A stretch of DNA of 64,000 bases, from IMG/VR virus record IMGVR_UViG_3300037258_000375, positions 1 to 64,000 of that record; one strand, given 5' to 3'. Every line of letters begins with the position of its first letter. Positions within the stretch are counted from its first letter, which is position 1. The notes under the pieces are model-generated. The model searched no databases. It was not told the origin of the DNA and was given only the letters and a program-made list of their open reading frames with translations. Made by a program: the position numbers and the translations under genes. Positions 28,948 to 38,104 of the stretch are shown piece by piece. This DNA is from a virus.

Positions 28948-29451
28948 ATGAACACAAGTAAACTCATTCAGACTGTATCGGAACTCGAAACATCAGAGGC
29001 AACCAGCCTCATGGAGATCAAAATGACACTCTCTGAGATCGTCACCGCTTACGAAGCAAAAGCTATTAACTCCGATGTGCTCATTGAGACGCTCTCTATC
29101 CAGAGCAGCCGTAATGGGCGCTTTAAAGTTATCGACTTGCAAGATGTCAATTGGATGGAGAGCCGGTATCGCAACGACTGCTATGCCAATCCGATGGCGG
29201 CCCTGACGCACGCGCTCCTGACCTCCGGCGCTCTCACCGTCATTGACCGCTCCAACAACTCCGTTTACGAGTGCGCGACGGTGGCGGACTGGATGCAGTA
29301 TCGCTACGAGCCAATCGTCACCACCTCTGCCTACCACAAGCTTAATCAGGCTGTGGACGCGATGCTGACCGCGATCAGCGAGGGCCATGACCGCGCCGTA
29401 ACAGGATATGCCCGTTACGCCGCTCATCAAGCATTGGCGATTTTAGGCTAA
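28948..29451 (+). CDS. Hypothetical protein (alternative start at about 29023, after the repeat element)
   Basis: GGAGG SD at the first ATG; second SD GGAGA after the hairpin repeat. Confidence 0.65.
   Translation: MNTSKLIQTVSELETSEATSLMEIKMTLSEIVTAYEAKAINSDVLIETLSIQSSRNGRFKVIDLQDVNWMESRYRNDCYANPMAALTHALLTSGALTVIDRSNNSVYECATVADWMQYRYEPIVTTSAYHKLNQAVDAMLTAISEGHDRAVTGYARYAAHQALAILG
28988..29014 (+). repeat. Hairpin leader element, copy 1 (copies 2 and 3 near 29554 and 30078)
   Basis: GAAACATCAGAGGCAACCAGCCTCATGG, three copies, each just before an SD and ATG. Confidence 0.85.
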
Positions 29452-29684
29452 GCTCCGCCGCGCCGCATCCACGGTAAGTGGAGCGTCTCGGCAAGCCAGT
29501 GAAGTAACAGCCCGCTTTTGATAGCGACCAACTTGATAGCGAACAGATATTTTGAAACATCAGAGGCAACCAGCCTCATGGGAGACATACAATGCAGATT
29601 CAACTTGCAATGGGCGCAAAAATTCACACAATCGAAGTAGAAGCCCACCACCGCAAAGGCGAAGGTTTTACGACTGTTCGCGCA
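29449..29684 (+). repeat. 236-bp direct repeat, copy 1
   Basis: Identical to 29973..30208 (offset 524); begins at a TAA stop. Confidence 0.92.
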
Positions 29685-29975
29685 GTGTCCGGCAAGGGCA
29701 CATGCGAAGATTTCAATGCGCTTTTCTGCTGCATGATTGCTCTCGATGCGAACGCGGAATTTGCGCCGCTCAGGATGAATATCACTAACAATTTTACGCA
29801 GCCGGGATTCACAGGGGTTTGGCTTGAGCGCAAATTCCGCTCCCGAAAGGCCGCTCAGCAATTTGTTGAGGCCACACAAGAGCGCATAGATTGCTATCGG
29901 CGTCGCGTTGCCGGGGCGTCTCAAATCACCGTACATGAACTGCTTGAGCGCCAATCCGCGTACCCTGCTGCATAA
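29592..29975 (+). CDS. Hypothetical protein (cassette gene)
   Basis: 127 aa, GGGAG SD. Confidence 0.65.
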   Translation: MQIQLAMGAKIHTIEVEAHHRKGEGFTTVRAVSGKGTCEDFNALFCCMIALDANAEFAPLRMNITNNFTQPGFTGVWLERKFRSRKAAQQFVEATQERIDCYRRRVAGASQITVHELLERQSAYPAA

Positions 29976-30208
29976 GCTCCGCCGCGCCGCATCCACGGTA
30001 AGTGGAGCGTCTCGGCAAGCCAGTGAAGTAACAGCCCGCTTTTGATAGCGACCAACTTGATAGCGAACAGATATTTTGAAACATCAGAGGCAACCAGCCT
30101 CATGGGAGACATACAATGCAGATTCAACTTGCAATGGGCGCAAAAATTCACACAATCGAAGTAGAAGCCCACCACCGCAAAGGCGAAGGTTTTACGACTG
30201 TTCGCGCA
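29973..30208 (+). repeat. 236-bp direct repeat, copy 2
   Basis: Identical to 29449..29684. Confidence 0.92.
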
Positions 30209-30292
30209 AGTCTCACGCAACACTTGACGGCGGACGAATGGCAGGATATCGGCGTCAATTACGACCGCGCCATGATTGACTTCGACCGCTAA
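30116..30292 (+). CDS. Chimeric 58-aa ORF sharing 31 N-terminal residues with 29592..29975
   Basis: MQIQLAMG...TTVRA then SLTQHLTADEWQDIGVNYDRAMIDFDR*. Confidence 0.5.
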   Translation: MQIQLAMGAKIHTIEVEAHHRKGEGFTTVRASLTQHLTADEWQDIGVNYDRAMIDFDR

Positions 30293-30329
30293 ACCGCAAC
30301 GCACCATAACCGAATCGGAGGAAACTAAA

Positions 30330-31364
30330 ATGCACGTCACACCCGCACAATTGACGGAACTGCTAACCAAGATGATTACGAAACGTCACCCCTTGCTCAT
30401 TACTGGAAAACCGGGAGCGGGAAAAACGGATATCGCGCGCCACGTGGCGGAGAACCTTTGCAAAAATGATTTTATTGTCACTCACCCCGTAGTGGAAGAC
30501 CCTACAGACCGCAAGGGAATCCCGTGGCCAGACGCGAAGACCCTTTCATGCTTGTGGCTAACAGATGACGTCACGAAGCAACTTTGCACGGCAACGCGTC
30601 CCACCACGTGGCTTATCGATGACTTAGGGCAGGCATCGCCCGCCGTGCAAGCGGTCCACATGCAATGGTTGCTTAATCGCGGAGTGAATGGGCATAAGCT
30701 AAGTGACTTCGTGACCGTTCTCGCCGCAACTAATCGCCGCGCGGATCGTGCGGGAGTCTCCGGGATTCTCGAACCGGTAAAATCGCGGTTCGTCTCCATA
30801 GTGGAACTTGAACCGGTAATCAATGACTGGTGCGCATGGGCTATTGACCACGATATTCCCGCTATGCTGATAGCTTTCTTGCGGTACCGTCCGGAATTAC
30901 TCTGCAAATTCGAAGCGAGCGCAGATTTAACAAACTCGCCCGTCCCGCGCACATGGGCGAATCTCGCCAAACTAGAAGAGTTGAATCTCTCCCCCGCCGT
31001 GGAAACAATCGCATTCGCGGGCGCAGTGGGAGAAGCGGCGGCGGGCGAGTACCTTGCATTCCGACAGATGGCGAACTCGATTGTTAACGTGGATGCGATT
31101 ATTTTGACTCCGGACACGGTCAAGATTCCCACGAAACCAAACGAACTGTATGCCACAGTTACAGCACTCGCGGGACGCGCCACAAACCAGAACTTCGCGC
31201 GCGTAGGAACGTACGCAACACGTCTTGCAGTTGAGGCAAGGCGCGGCGAGTTTGCCGTGCTGCTTCTCCGCGATGCAATTCGCCGCAACGAAAAACTCAC
31301 TTACAACGAAACATTTACTAAGCTGTCTTGCGGTCCAATCGGCGAACTTATGGCGGGGAACTAA
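30330..31364 (+). CDS. MoxR/dynein-related AAA+ ATPase
   Basis: GKPGAGKT Walker A, WLIDD Walker B, AATNR, SRF, PRTW. Confidence 0.88.
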   Translation: MHVTPAQLTELLTKMITKRHPLLITGKPGAGKTDIARHVAENLCKNDFIVTHPVVEDPTDRKGIPWPDAKTLSCLWLTDDVTKQLCTATRPTTWLIDDLGQASPAVQAVHMQWLLNRGVNGHKLSDFVTVLAATNRRADRAGVSGILEPVKSRFVSIVELEPVINDWCAWAIDHDIPAMLIAFLRYRPELLCKFEASADLTNSPVPRTWANLAKLEELNLSPAVETIAFAGAVGEAAAGEYLAFRQMANSIVNVDAIILTPDTVKIPTKPNELYATVTALAGRATNQNFARVGTYATRLAVEARRGEFAVLLLRDAIRRNEKLTYNETFTKLSCGPIGELMAGN

Positions 31365-31430
31365 TCCAAGGTCTGGATACATTGTCCGCCCGGAGCGAAC
31401 CGGGCAAGTCACGAATCGGAGGGTAGGAAA

Positions 31431-32429
31431 ATGACAGCATCTGAAATGCATTCGCGGGCGATACTCGTTAGTTTGCGCATCTCCGCTTGGAGTGCTCGCA
31501 AGTATGACCGCAAGGTCACGAACGAAACGAATCAAGCACACGGCGCGGACGCGGACGCGGGACGCTATAACAAAAACCTGCTACCGGGCGATGCGCCCAG
31601 CTACAAGGCACTCACACAGCACATTACCGCGATGCGCGCACAGCATACGGCACAAACCCTTGCGTGGTCCGATGACGGATGGAGACTGCTACCCGTGCGG
31701 AACTTCCAAAAGTACATGGACATGGTACGGCAAGGTCAACACACGTTTGACCGTCTTTTAGAGGAATTCTGGAGAGACTACCCCACACTTCGGGCGCAGG
31801 CAAAAGATAGATTGAACGGCATGTATCTGGATGCCGATTATCCGCGCGATATCCGCGACCGTTTTTCTTTTGCGATGGAACCCGCGCCCGTCCCCGCCGC
31901 TACCGATTACCGCGTTGCGCTCACACAGGACGAAATAAACACAATCGCGACACGCACAGAGGAAAGAGTCAAGCAAGCATTCGCGGACGCGCAGAAAGAC
32001 GCCGTCCAGCGTCTTTACAAGTGTGTGAGCCATATCCACGAACGGTTGACCGCTGTACGCGTCACAAAGGACCGTGCGACTAAAGCGCGCACACTGAAGA
32101 AGGATCATTATGACAAGGTCACAGGCGAATTGATTCCAGCGGGGACCGTGATACCAGGACGCGCCATTGCGGGCGGCCAAGTAAAAAATGCAACCTTCCG
32201 CGATACCCTGGTAGACAACGCGCGAGAACTCTGTGAGATTCTCCGCTATATCAACCTTGCGGATGACCCGAAGTTAGAAGAATTCCGCCGTCAAACGGAA
32301 CTTATAGCGGGCAGCACTGAAGCGGAAACACTCCGCGACAGCGACGCCGTACGGAAAGACACTGCGAACCGCGCACAATCCATCTTGGACGCAATGGCAG
32401 CTACCTACGGCGCGGCGGTGCAAGCATGA
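31431..32429 (+). CDS. Conserved phage protein (DUF3150-like) between the AAA and vWA genes
   Basis: AILVSLRISAWSARKYD...TLAWSDDGWRLLP. Confidence 0.65.
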   Translation: MTASEMHSRAILVSLRISAWSARKYDRKVTNETNQAHGADADAGRYNKNLLPGDAPSYKALTQHITAMRAQHTAQTLAWSDDGWRLLPVRNFQKYMDMVRQGQHTFDRLLEEFWRDYPTLRAQAKDRLNGMYLDADYPRDIRDRFSFAMEPAPVPAATDYRVALTQDEINTIATRTEERVKQAFADAQKDAVQRLYKCVSHIHERLTAVRVTKDRATKARTLKKDHYDKVTGELIPAGTVIPGRAIAGGQVKNATFRDTLVDNARELCEILRYINLADDPKLEEFRRQTELIAGSTEAETLRDSDAVRKDTANRAQSILDAMAATYGAAVQA

Positions 32430-33586
32430 ACAGCGCAGAACATAAAATGATGGCGGCGCGCACGTCTCTTGTATTGGAACAGCCTTTTTGGGGTTCGCTC
32501 ATTCTTTCACTAGAATTCCGCGCGGACCTTACTTGTAAAACTGCATGGGTAGACGGGCGAACACTCGGATACAATCCCGCGTTTATCGAATCACTCACCC
32601 ATGACCGCATTGTCGCGTTGCAAGCACATGAGGTAAGCCACTGTGCATTGGGGCATCCATGGCGGCGCGATGCGCGGGACCTTTATCACTGGAATCTCGC
32701 GTGTGACAAGGCAATCAACACAGATTTACGCGCGTCCGGATTCACTCTCCCGGAGAACGTCTTTTATGCGGAAGGGGAGGAAATAGGAAAATCGGCGGAG
32801 TGGATTTTCGCCCGCCTTGACAGAGGGAACGGGGACGCGCCGCAAGAGGACAGCGCGCAAGAGGGAGAGCAAGACGCGCAGGACGGGGACGGCGGCGCGG
32901 GTGATCCGCTGGGCGAAGTGAGAGACGCGCCGAAAACTCCGGATGCGGATGGAGACGCCCCGCCCAGCGAACAAGATTGGAAACAACGCACCATTGCGGC
33001 GGCGCAACAAGCGAAAATGCAAGGCAAGCTACCGGGGGGAATGGCGCGTCTAGTGTCGCAGGCAATGAAACCAAAAATAGACGTTCGATCTCTTTTGTTG
33101 CGCTTTTTCTCCGAACGTTCCACGGGCGATTATTCGTGGACTCGCCCGAACACACGGTACCTTTCACAAGGTCTCTACTTGCCCGCATTGGAATCGCGCG
33201 CGCTGGGCGAAGTGGCAATCATGATAGACACGTCTGGAAGCGTGGATGACGTCGCGCTGGGCTATGCGCGCAATATCGTGCAAGACGTCTTAGACGAATG
33301 CAACCCCACGGGGACCACGCTTGTATTCGCGGATGCGGACGTCAAGCACACGGAACGGGTGGAACAAGGCGCGCCGCTCACGTGGGAACCGCAAGGCGGA
33401 GGTGGTACGGATTTTTGTCCCGCACTGGAGTACATAGACAAAGATGGTCAATTCGCCTGTGTCGTATGCATCTCTGATTTGGCGGGGACCTTTCCGGACG
33501 CGCCGCCCGCCTTGCCTATCCTGTGGCTGTCTACTGAAGAAAATGCAATCGCACCATTCGGGGAAACGGTCTTCATAGACCACTAG
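32426..33586 (+). CDS. Metallopeptidase (HExxH) plus vWA domain protein (DUF2201-like)
   Basis: AHEVSH, WNLACDKAIN, MIDTSGSV MIDAS, GGGGTDF, ISD. Confidence 0.88.
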   Translation: MNSAEHKMMAARTSLVLEQPFWGSLILSLEFRADLTCKTAWVDGRTLGYNPAFIESLTHDRIVALQAHEVSHCALGHPWRRDARDLYHWNLACDKAINTDLRASGFTLPENVFYAEGEEIGKSAEWIFARLDRGNGDAPQEDSAQEGEQDAQDGDGGAGDPLGEVRDAPKTPDADGDAPPSEQDWKQRTIAAAQQAKMQGKLPGGMARLVSQAMKPKIDVRSLLLRFFSERSTGDYSWTRPNTRYLSQGLYLPALESRALGEVAIMIDTSGSVDDVALGYARNIVQDVLDECNPTGTTLVFADADVKHTERVEQGAPLTWEPQGGGGTDFCPALEYIDKDGQFACVVCISDLAGTFPDAPPALPILWLSTEENAIAPFGETVFIDH

Positions 33587-33593
33587 ACACGGC

Positions 33594-33658
33594 GGCGCGC
33601 GCGTCCAGTGGCACTAGGACGCGCGCGCGCTGGGCGGGCGGGGGGAATCCCCCCGCCG
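33594..33658. other. Two strong GC-rich hairpins after the vWA gene
   Basis: GCGCGCGTCC..GGACGCGCGC and GGCGGGGGG-AAT-CCCCCCGCC. Confidence 0.55.
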
Positions 33659-33699
33659 TAACCGTCCGAAGTCTGGACGCATGAGAAGAGGGAGACACT

Positions 33700-33912
33700 A
33701 TGCAGCTACCGGATTATCTTTCACCCGTGATTGTCATATCGCTTGCAGTGGGATTCGCCTTGCTTGCACTCGCGGTACATCTCATCTTGCGCGCCGAACG
33801 GCGGGCGCGCGGATGGCAGGCACTCGCCCGGTACCTTGACGCGCGCCCGTCCGCGAGCGCACCACTCACACCGGAAGAGATTGCAGAGTTGAATGCAGCA
33901 CGCTGGGATTGA
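33700..33912 (+). CDS. Small membrane protein
   Basis: One TM helix; GGGAG SD. Confidence 0.6.
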   Translation: MQLPDYLSPVIVISLAVGFALLALAVHLILRAERRARGWQALARYLDARPSASAPLTPEEIAELNAARWD

Positions 33913-34000
33913 CGCGCGTGCATTGATAGGGAACGGCGAGCAAGCCAACCGAAAATAAGCGGCGCGTGAATCCATCGCGCGCAAGATTGGAGAATACGTT

Positions 34001-34261
34001 ATGAGTAAAAGACGCGCATCTTTCGAAACCAGGCTAGCAGGGTACCCCATTTCGCTGGTCCAAACCGGTTTCGACCGCTTCACAGTCCAATACGGGCAGC
34101 AACGGATGGACAATCTGGATTACTGCCGCGCGGCTGCAAAGCTGGGCGAATCCATCATGCACGCCATAGCGTGCGAGGGGAAGCTAGACAATCGTACGAA
34201 GACGGAGGCGCGCGAACAAGGGGATACGCGCCCGGTATTCGACTTGATAGGGAACGACTGA
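34001..34261 (+). CDS. Hypothetical protein
   Basis: FTVQYGQQ...AAAKLGESIMHAIACEGKLDN. Confidence 0.7.
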   Translation: MSKRRASFETRLAGYPISLVQTGFDRFTVQYGQQRMDNLDYCRAAAKLGESIMHAIACEGKLDNRTKTEAREQGDTRPVFDLIGND

Positions 34262-34292
34262 GCTAGCACACGAAAGAGAAAGGGATATACCG

Positions 34293-34415
34293 ATGGCGCG
34301 CAAAGGATATAAATATCACCTCACAGTTGCGGATGTGGCCAAGATTTTCGATTGCTTCCCGGATGCCGTCCTGACCCGCTCCGATCGGAGGGAAACACAA
34401 TGGAAAAGCTTATGA
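34293..34415 (+). CDS. Small hypothetical protein (40 aa)
   Basis: MARKGYKYHLTVADVAKIFDCFPDAVL... Confidence 0.4.
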   Translation: MARKGYKYHLTVADVAKIFDCFPDAVLTRSDRRETQWKSL

Positions 34416-34720
34416 AACGTCTGCACTGGTACCAACTCGCTTTCGTAGTAGTGACGGTCACAATCGCCGCCATGGCTTCGCACACCACCCGCAAGATCAC
34501 GAAGCCGGTCACCGTCTACCTGCCCGACGCGAACCAAGCCACAGCGACTCTGTGTGTGTCGAATCGCACGCACACAACCGTCATCATCCCGCACGGCGTA
34601 GCCATCAAGGCGGGCCACGCCGTGAACGCGTCCGTGGTTCGTGACTTCCAGTGGGAGTTCGGCACGCCATACCCGGCCACAGATCGCGCGGACGTTGACT
34701 GTTTCGTGGTCTCGCAATAG
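34400..34720 (+). CDS. Membrane-anchored hypothetical protein
   Basis: GGAGG SD, N-terminal TM. Confidence 0.6.
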   Translation: MEKLMKRLHWYQLAFVVVTVTIAAMASHTTRKITKPVTVYLPDANQATATLCVSNRTHTTVIIPHGVAIKAGHAVNASVVRDFQWEFGTPYPATDRADVDCFVVSQ

Positions 34721-34774
34721 ACCCGATTGATAGCGACCAACTTGATAGCGAGCGACAAACCGCCTGGAGGAAAT

Positions 34775-35218
34775 ATGCCTAAGACGAAGGAACAGGTACA
34801 AGGGCTCATTGCAGCCCTGCATGATGCAGGATACGAACCGCGCAGCTACAGCGGGCGCGGCATGAACGGCAAGCAATGCGTAGGTGTCTCGGCTACCAGC
34901 GCATTCGGCATCGGGGCGGCGCTTGAGGACATCACCGCGCCGGAGCCGTGCCAAGATCAACTCGGCAAGCGATACATTTTCTATTGGCCTGCGTATGAAT
35001 GGCCTGGAGTCTACGACGGCCCATGTGCGGCAGATGGTCTTTTGAGCTATCGCTACCCTTCCGCGTATGGCGGATGGATCATGATCGGCGCGCTCGACAA
35101 GGCACAAGCTTTGAGCGAAGCACGCCGCTCCACTGACAGCGAAGTGTCTCTGGCAAAGCTCGAAACTTGGAGCGAGACCGACAAGCAGTATGTGGCCGTC
35201 ACTTCTACAGACAAGTAA
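34775..35218 (+). CDS. Hypothetical phage protein
   Basis: RSYSGRGMNGKQCVGV. Confidence 0.7.
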   Translation: MPKTKEQVQGLIAALHDAGYEPRSYSGRGMNGKQCVGVSATSAFGIGAALEDITAPEPCQDQLGKRYIFYWPAYEWPGVYDGPCAADGLLSYRYPSAYGGWIMIGALDKAQALSEARRSTDSEVSLAKLETWSETDKQYVAVTSTDK

Positions 35219-35247
35219 TCACACACGAAGCACTCGGAGGGAAAACG

Positions 35248-35490
35248 ATGAAAACGAAACTCGTCTATAGCGCAGCGCTGCTCCTCCTCACGTTCGCATC
35301 CGCGACCGCGACAAGCCGCGCACCCGAACCAAAAACCAAGCTGCAAGTCATCTATCGCGAAGACCCGCAGCAAGGTCAATGGAACGTCTACATTTTTGGA
35401 ACGGTGTGCGAGGAGGGCAAGCTCACTCTTCATCAGCCAGCGGAGCCGCGCGTTGAACCGCTCCGCATTGAATGTGTCGAACCTCGCTAA
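35248..35490 (+). CDS. Secreted hypothetical protein
   Basis: Signal peptide; GGAGG SD. Confidence 0.6.
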   Translation: MKTKLVYSAALLLLTFASATATSRAPEPKTKLQVIYREDPQQGQWNVYIFGTVCEEGKLTLHQPAEPRVEPLRIECVEPR

Positions 35491-35527
35491 CCGTCCGAAG
35501 CCTGGACAGAAATACGGAGAGAACACC

Positions 35528-36115
35528 ATGAGCAATATCCACGAGAACTACGACAACCTAACGGAAGAGGAACGCGAGAGACTTGACGTGGCGTTCAAGG
35601 CGCTCACCAACTCACTGCGCCGAGACGGCATACTTTTCGACGGCGGAGATCAGATCGAGCGCAGCGTGGACGCCGTCGCACTCGCCATCATCAGCGCGCG
35701 GGCGCTTCAGGAGTTTGTCCGTATGGACATCGCAGTCCGCAACGCCACCGAACGTGACATGATTGTGGCCATCCCATCCTTGACCGCTGGGCTCGTCTAC
35801 CGCGTTGTCGAGCCTGGGAGCCCGCTGCCACCGCCGCCCATGGTCATCATGCAACACCACAAGACCGACTACACGAACGAACAGATCAGAGCCGTCACCA
35901 ACGCCGCCACGCAAATGCACCAATGGTGGACTCTCATCAGCGAGAAGGAGCGGCAAGAAATCGTAAAGGGCATCAAGGGCTGCCATAACTATGGAGCCAC
36001 CATCATGCTCCAAGCGATGCCGCAAGAGGGTAAGGATGCCGTCCGCATCGCATACGCAAACCACTTGCAGCATGTTCTAGAACTCGAAGCGGCACATCCA
36101 GAACACAAGGGGTGA
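35528..36115 (+). CDS. Hypothetical protein
   Basis: GGAG SD. Confidence 0.65.
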   Translation: MSNIHENYDNLTEEERERLDVAFKALTNSLRRDGILFDGGDQIERSVDAVALAIISARALQEFVRMDIAVRNATERDMIVAIPSLTAGLVYRVVEPGSPLPPPPMVIMQHHKTDYTNEQIRAVTNAATQMHQWWTLISEKERQEIVKGIKGCHNYGATIMLQAMPQEGKDAVRIAYANHLQHVLELEAAHPEHKG

Positions 36116-36118
36116 ACC

Positions 36119-36322
36119 ATGGCAACGATGCGCGTAACCAACATTCGCGGTACCGCAAACTTCGTCATCACTCGCGACGACGGCCACCAATTGAGCATGG
36201 CCGAAGATAACGAGGTGATCCACTTCTCCGGACTCGTCCCCGCCGAGGATCACGGGCGCGTCTTCAACGTACAGAAGTTCCTTGCGATTGCTCTCCAGTT
36301 CGTCGCTATGGAAGAAGAGTGA
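36119..36322 (+). CDS. Hypothetical protein
   Basis: In the gene chain. Confidence 0.55.
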   Translation: MATMRVTNIRGTANFVITRDDGHQLSMAEDNEVIHFSGLVPAEDHGRVFNVQKFLAIALQFVAMEEE

Positions 36323-36546
36323 GGTTGATAATAGACGACGACAACCGCATCGCCCAATTCCTGCGCAAGCGTGGCTGGCAGTATGCCTACACAGTCAAGC
36401 TGGGAATGTACAAGAGAGTCATGTGGCGCTCTCCGCGCGAAGACGAACTCTACGGCCAGGGGATCGCCTACAACCTGGAGCGCGAGAACGACCGGATCGC
36501 CAAGCTCCGCGACAACGCACAACGGTTCATCGAGAAGGGACATTGA
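36319..36546 (+). CDS. Hypothetical protein
   Basis: GTGA overlap. Confidence 0.55.
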   Translation: MRLIIDDDNRIAQFLRKRGWQYAYTVKLGMYKRVMWRSPREDELYGQGIAYNLERENDRIAKLRDNAQRFIEKGH

Positions 36547-36548
36547 CC

Positions 36549-36833
36549 ATGAAAATAACAGCAGCAAGTAACCCCCGTGAGGTACTCGACATTCAGCAGG
36601 CAGCCGAGTACCTTGGCATCGCAGCAGACACACTCTACAAGTACGCTGCGGAAGGTTCCCTCCCAGCTTTCAAGCTGGGCAACCGGTGGCGCTTTCGCCT
36701 CACCCACATCAATGAGTGGATAGATCGCAAGGCATACGAGCACACCGTGTACGAATCGGAGCTTCGTTCATCGACGGAGCCGAAGCGCGAAGCTTTGATA
36801 AAGACCAATGCGAATGGTCGCGCCAAGTCCTAG
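36549..36833 (+). CDS. Excisionase-like (HTH_17) DNA-binding protein
   Basis: VLDIQQAAEYLGIAADTLYKYAAEGSLPAFKLGNRWRF. Confidence 0.88.
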   Translation: MKITAASNPREVLDIQQAAEYLGIAADTLYKYAAEGSLPAFKLGNRWRFRLTHINEWIDRKAYEHTVYESELRSSTEPKREALIKTNANGRAKS

Positions 36834-36844
36834 GGAGGCCACCG

Positions 36845-37096
36845 ATGAGATTCCTGCATATTATCGACCACGTCCTCGGTGTCATCTTCGCTGTCTATTT
36901 CTTCGTCGTGGCCGTGATCTTTGCGGGCATGGTTCTCACGCCGACAGAAGGCTCACGCGAGGCTGACAAGGACATCCACGACAAACACATCCATTGTATG
37001 AGCGACAGGTTTGTTCTTCTCAACATCAAGCTTTATATCTCGCTGATATGTCCTATCCTCTACGTCGAACATCTTTGGAAGGATCGGGGGAAATAG
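36845..37096 (+). CDS. Membrane protein
   Basis: Two hydrophobic segments; GGAGG SD. Confidence 0.6.
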   Translation: MRFLHIIDHVLGVIFAVYFFVVAVIFAGMVLTPTEGSREADKDIHDKHIHCMSDRFVLLNIKLYISLICPILYVEHLWKDRGK

Positions 37097-37098
37097 CT

Positions 37099-38028
37099 AT
37101 GTTCGCAACCTACATGAGAGCACTGGAGAAACGCGCGGGCTGGGCACGCTGGGCAGAGGAATATGTCACCAAGCGCATGGATCACTCGAAGACGCCGAAC
37201 TATGACCACGTGATGCTTTTCTATAAAGCAAGCTTGATGCACGGGGACACGCTGTACATGAACAAGGAATTTTGCGCCCTGGTCGATCACGCCCGCGCAA
37301 CGGCCCCCGACGATCTTGTCTTTGAGGATAGCTGGATGCAGACCCCGTCCGGATTCATGTGGCTGGAGATTCCGTTCCGAGTTCCCCGGCCCGCAGAGTT
37401 TGATGACACCAGACTCCTCGACCAAGGTATAGACGTCGATCCGCACCTTCACGCTGTATCGTGGTTCAAACAGGATGGCGGCTATGTGTTTCTTACCTAT
37501 CAAGACTGGCATGATGTCCATCCGAACGCCGAAGGGTTCGGATGCTGGAGCCATTTCATCATGCGCCCCGGCGACGTCTTGGCCGAACGCATGAAGCGCT
37601 TCGAGACGACCGCGTTCGATCCGGATGCACCTGGGCATGGCGTCTATGCCAGAAGCGCTTTGAATAACAGCCTGCATGAGATGCGCTGGGTATTCACAGC
37701 AATGCACCTCATGGCGCAACGTCTCTCTATGACAGTCGAGCACCGTGCAAGCTCCATGGCTCGCGACTCAGCACGCCGCAAGAAGCTGGCCATCACTCCG
37801 TTTCTCAAGGTAGTCACTCTCCGCAGGATGGAAGCAGAGCGGCCCGCAGGCGGAGAGCACAAGCAGCATGACTGGCAATGGAAGTGGGTAGTCCTCGGTC
37901 ACTGGCGTAACCAGTGGTATGAGACCGACAAGACACACAAGCGTATCTTCATCGAGAGCTACATGAAGGGTCCGGATGACAAGCCACTCAAGATGCCCGG
38001 TCATACTCTCTTCAAAGTTCTGAGATGA
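37099..38028 (+). CDS. Conserved phage hypothetical protein
   Basis: C-terminal WVVLGHWRNQWY...YMKGPDDKP. Confidence 0.7.
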   Translation: MFATYMRALEKRAGWARWAEEYVTKRMDHSKTPNYDHVMLFYKASLMHGDTLYMNKEFCALVDHARATAPDDLVFEDSWMQTPSGFMWLEIPFRVPRPAEFDDTRLLDQGIDVDPHLHAVSWFKQDGGYVFLTYQDWHDVHPNAEGFGCWSHFIMRPGDVLAERMKRFETTAFDPDAPGHGVYARSALNNSLHEMRWVFTAMHLMAQRLSMTVEHRASSMARDSARRKKLAITPFLKVVTLRRMEAERPAGGEHKQHDWQWKWVVLGHWRNQWYETDKTHKRIFIESYMKGPDDKPLKMPGHTLFKVLR

Positions 38029-38050
38029 ACTCACTAGCGTAAAGATTTTC

Positions 38051-38080
38051 TTGACATGAACACGACAGATAGCGCAGACT
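38051..38080 (+). promoter_or_regulatory. Promoter, TTGACA-N18-CAGACT type
   Basis: TTGACATGAACACGACAGATAGCGCAGACT. Confidence 0.65.
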
Positions 38081-38104
38081 AAGAAACGATCCGGGGGATG
38101 ACGC

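Noticed and set aside
29449-29580. Self-cleaving ribozyme (twister/hammerhead) in the cassette spacer
   Set aside because: Only superficial similarity; the conserved cores (CUGAnGA...GAAA; GUCCCAAGCCC-like) are missing.
28988-30105. CRISPR array from the three 28-bp repeats
   Set aside because: Spacing is over 500 bp and contains ORFs; no cas genes.
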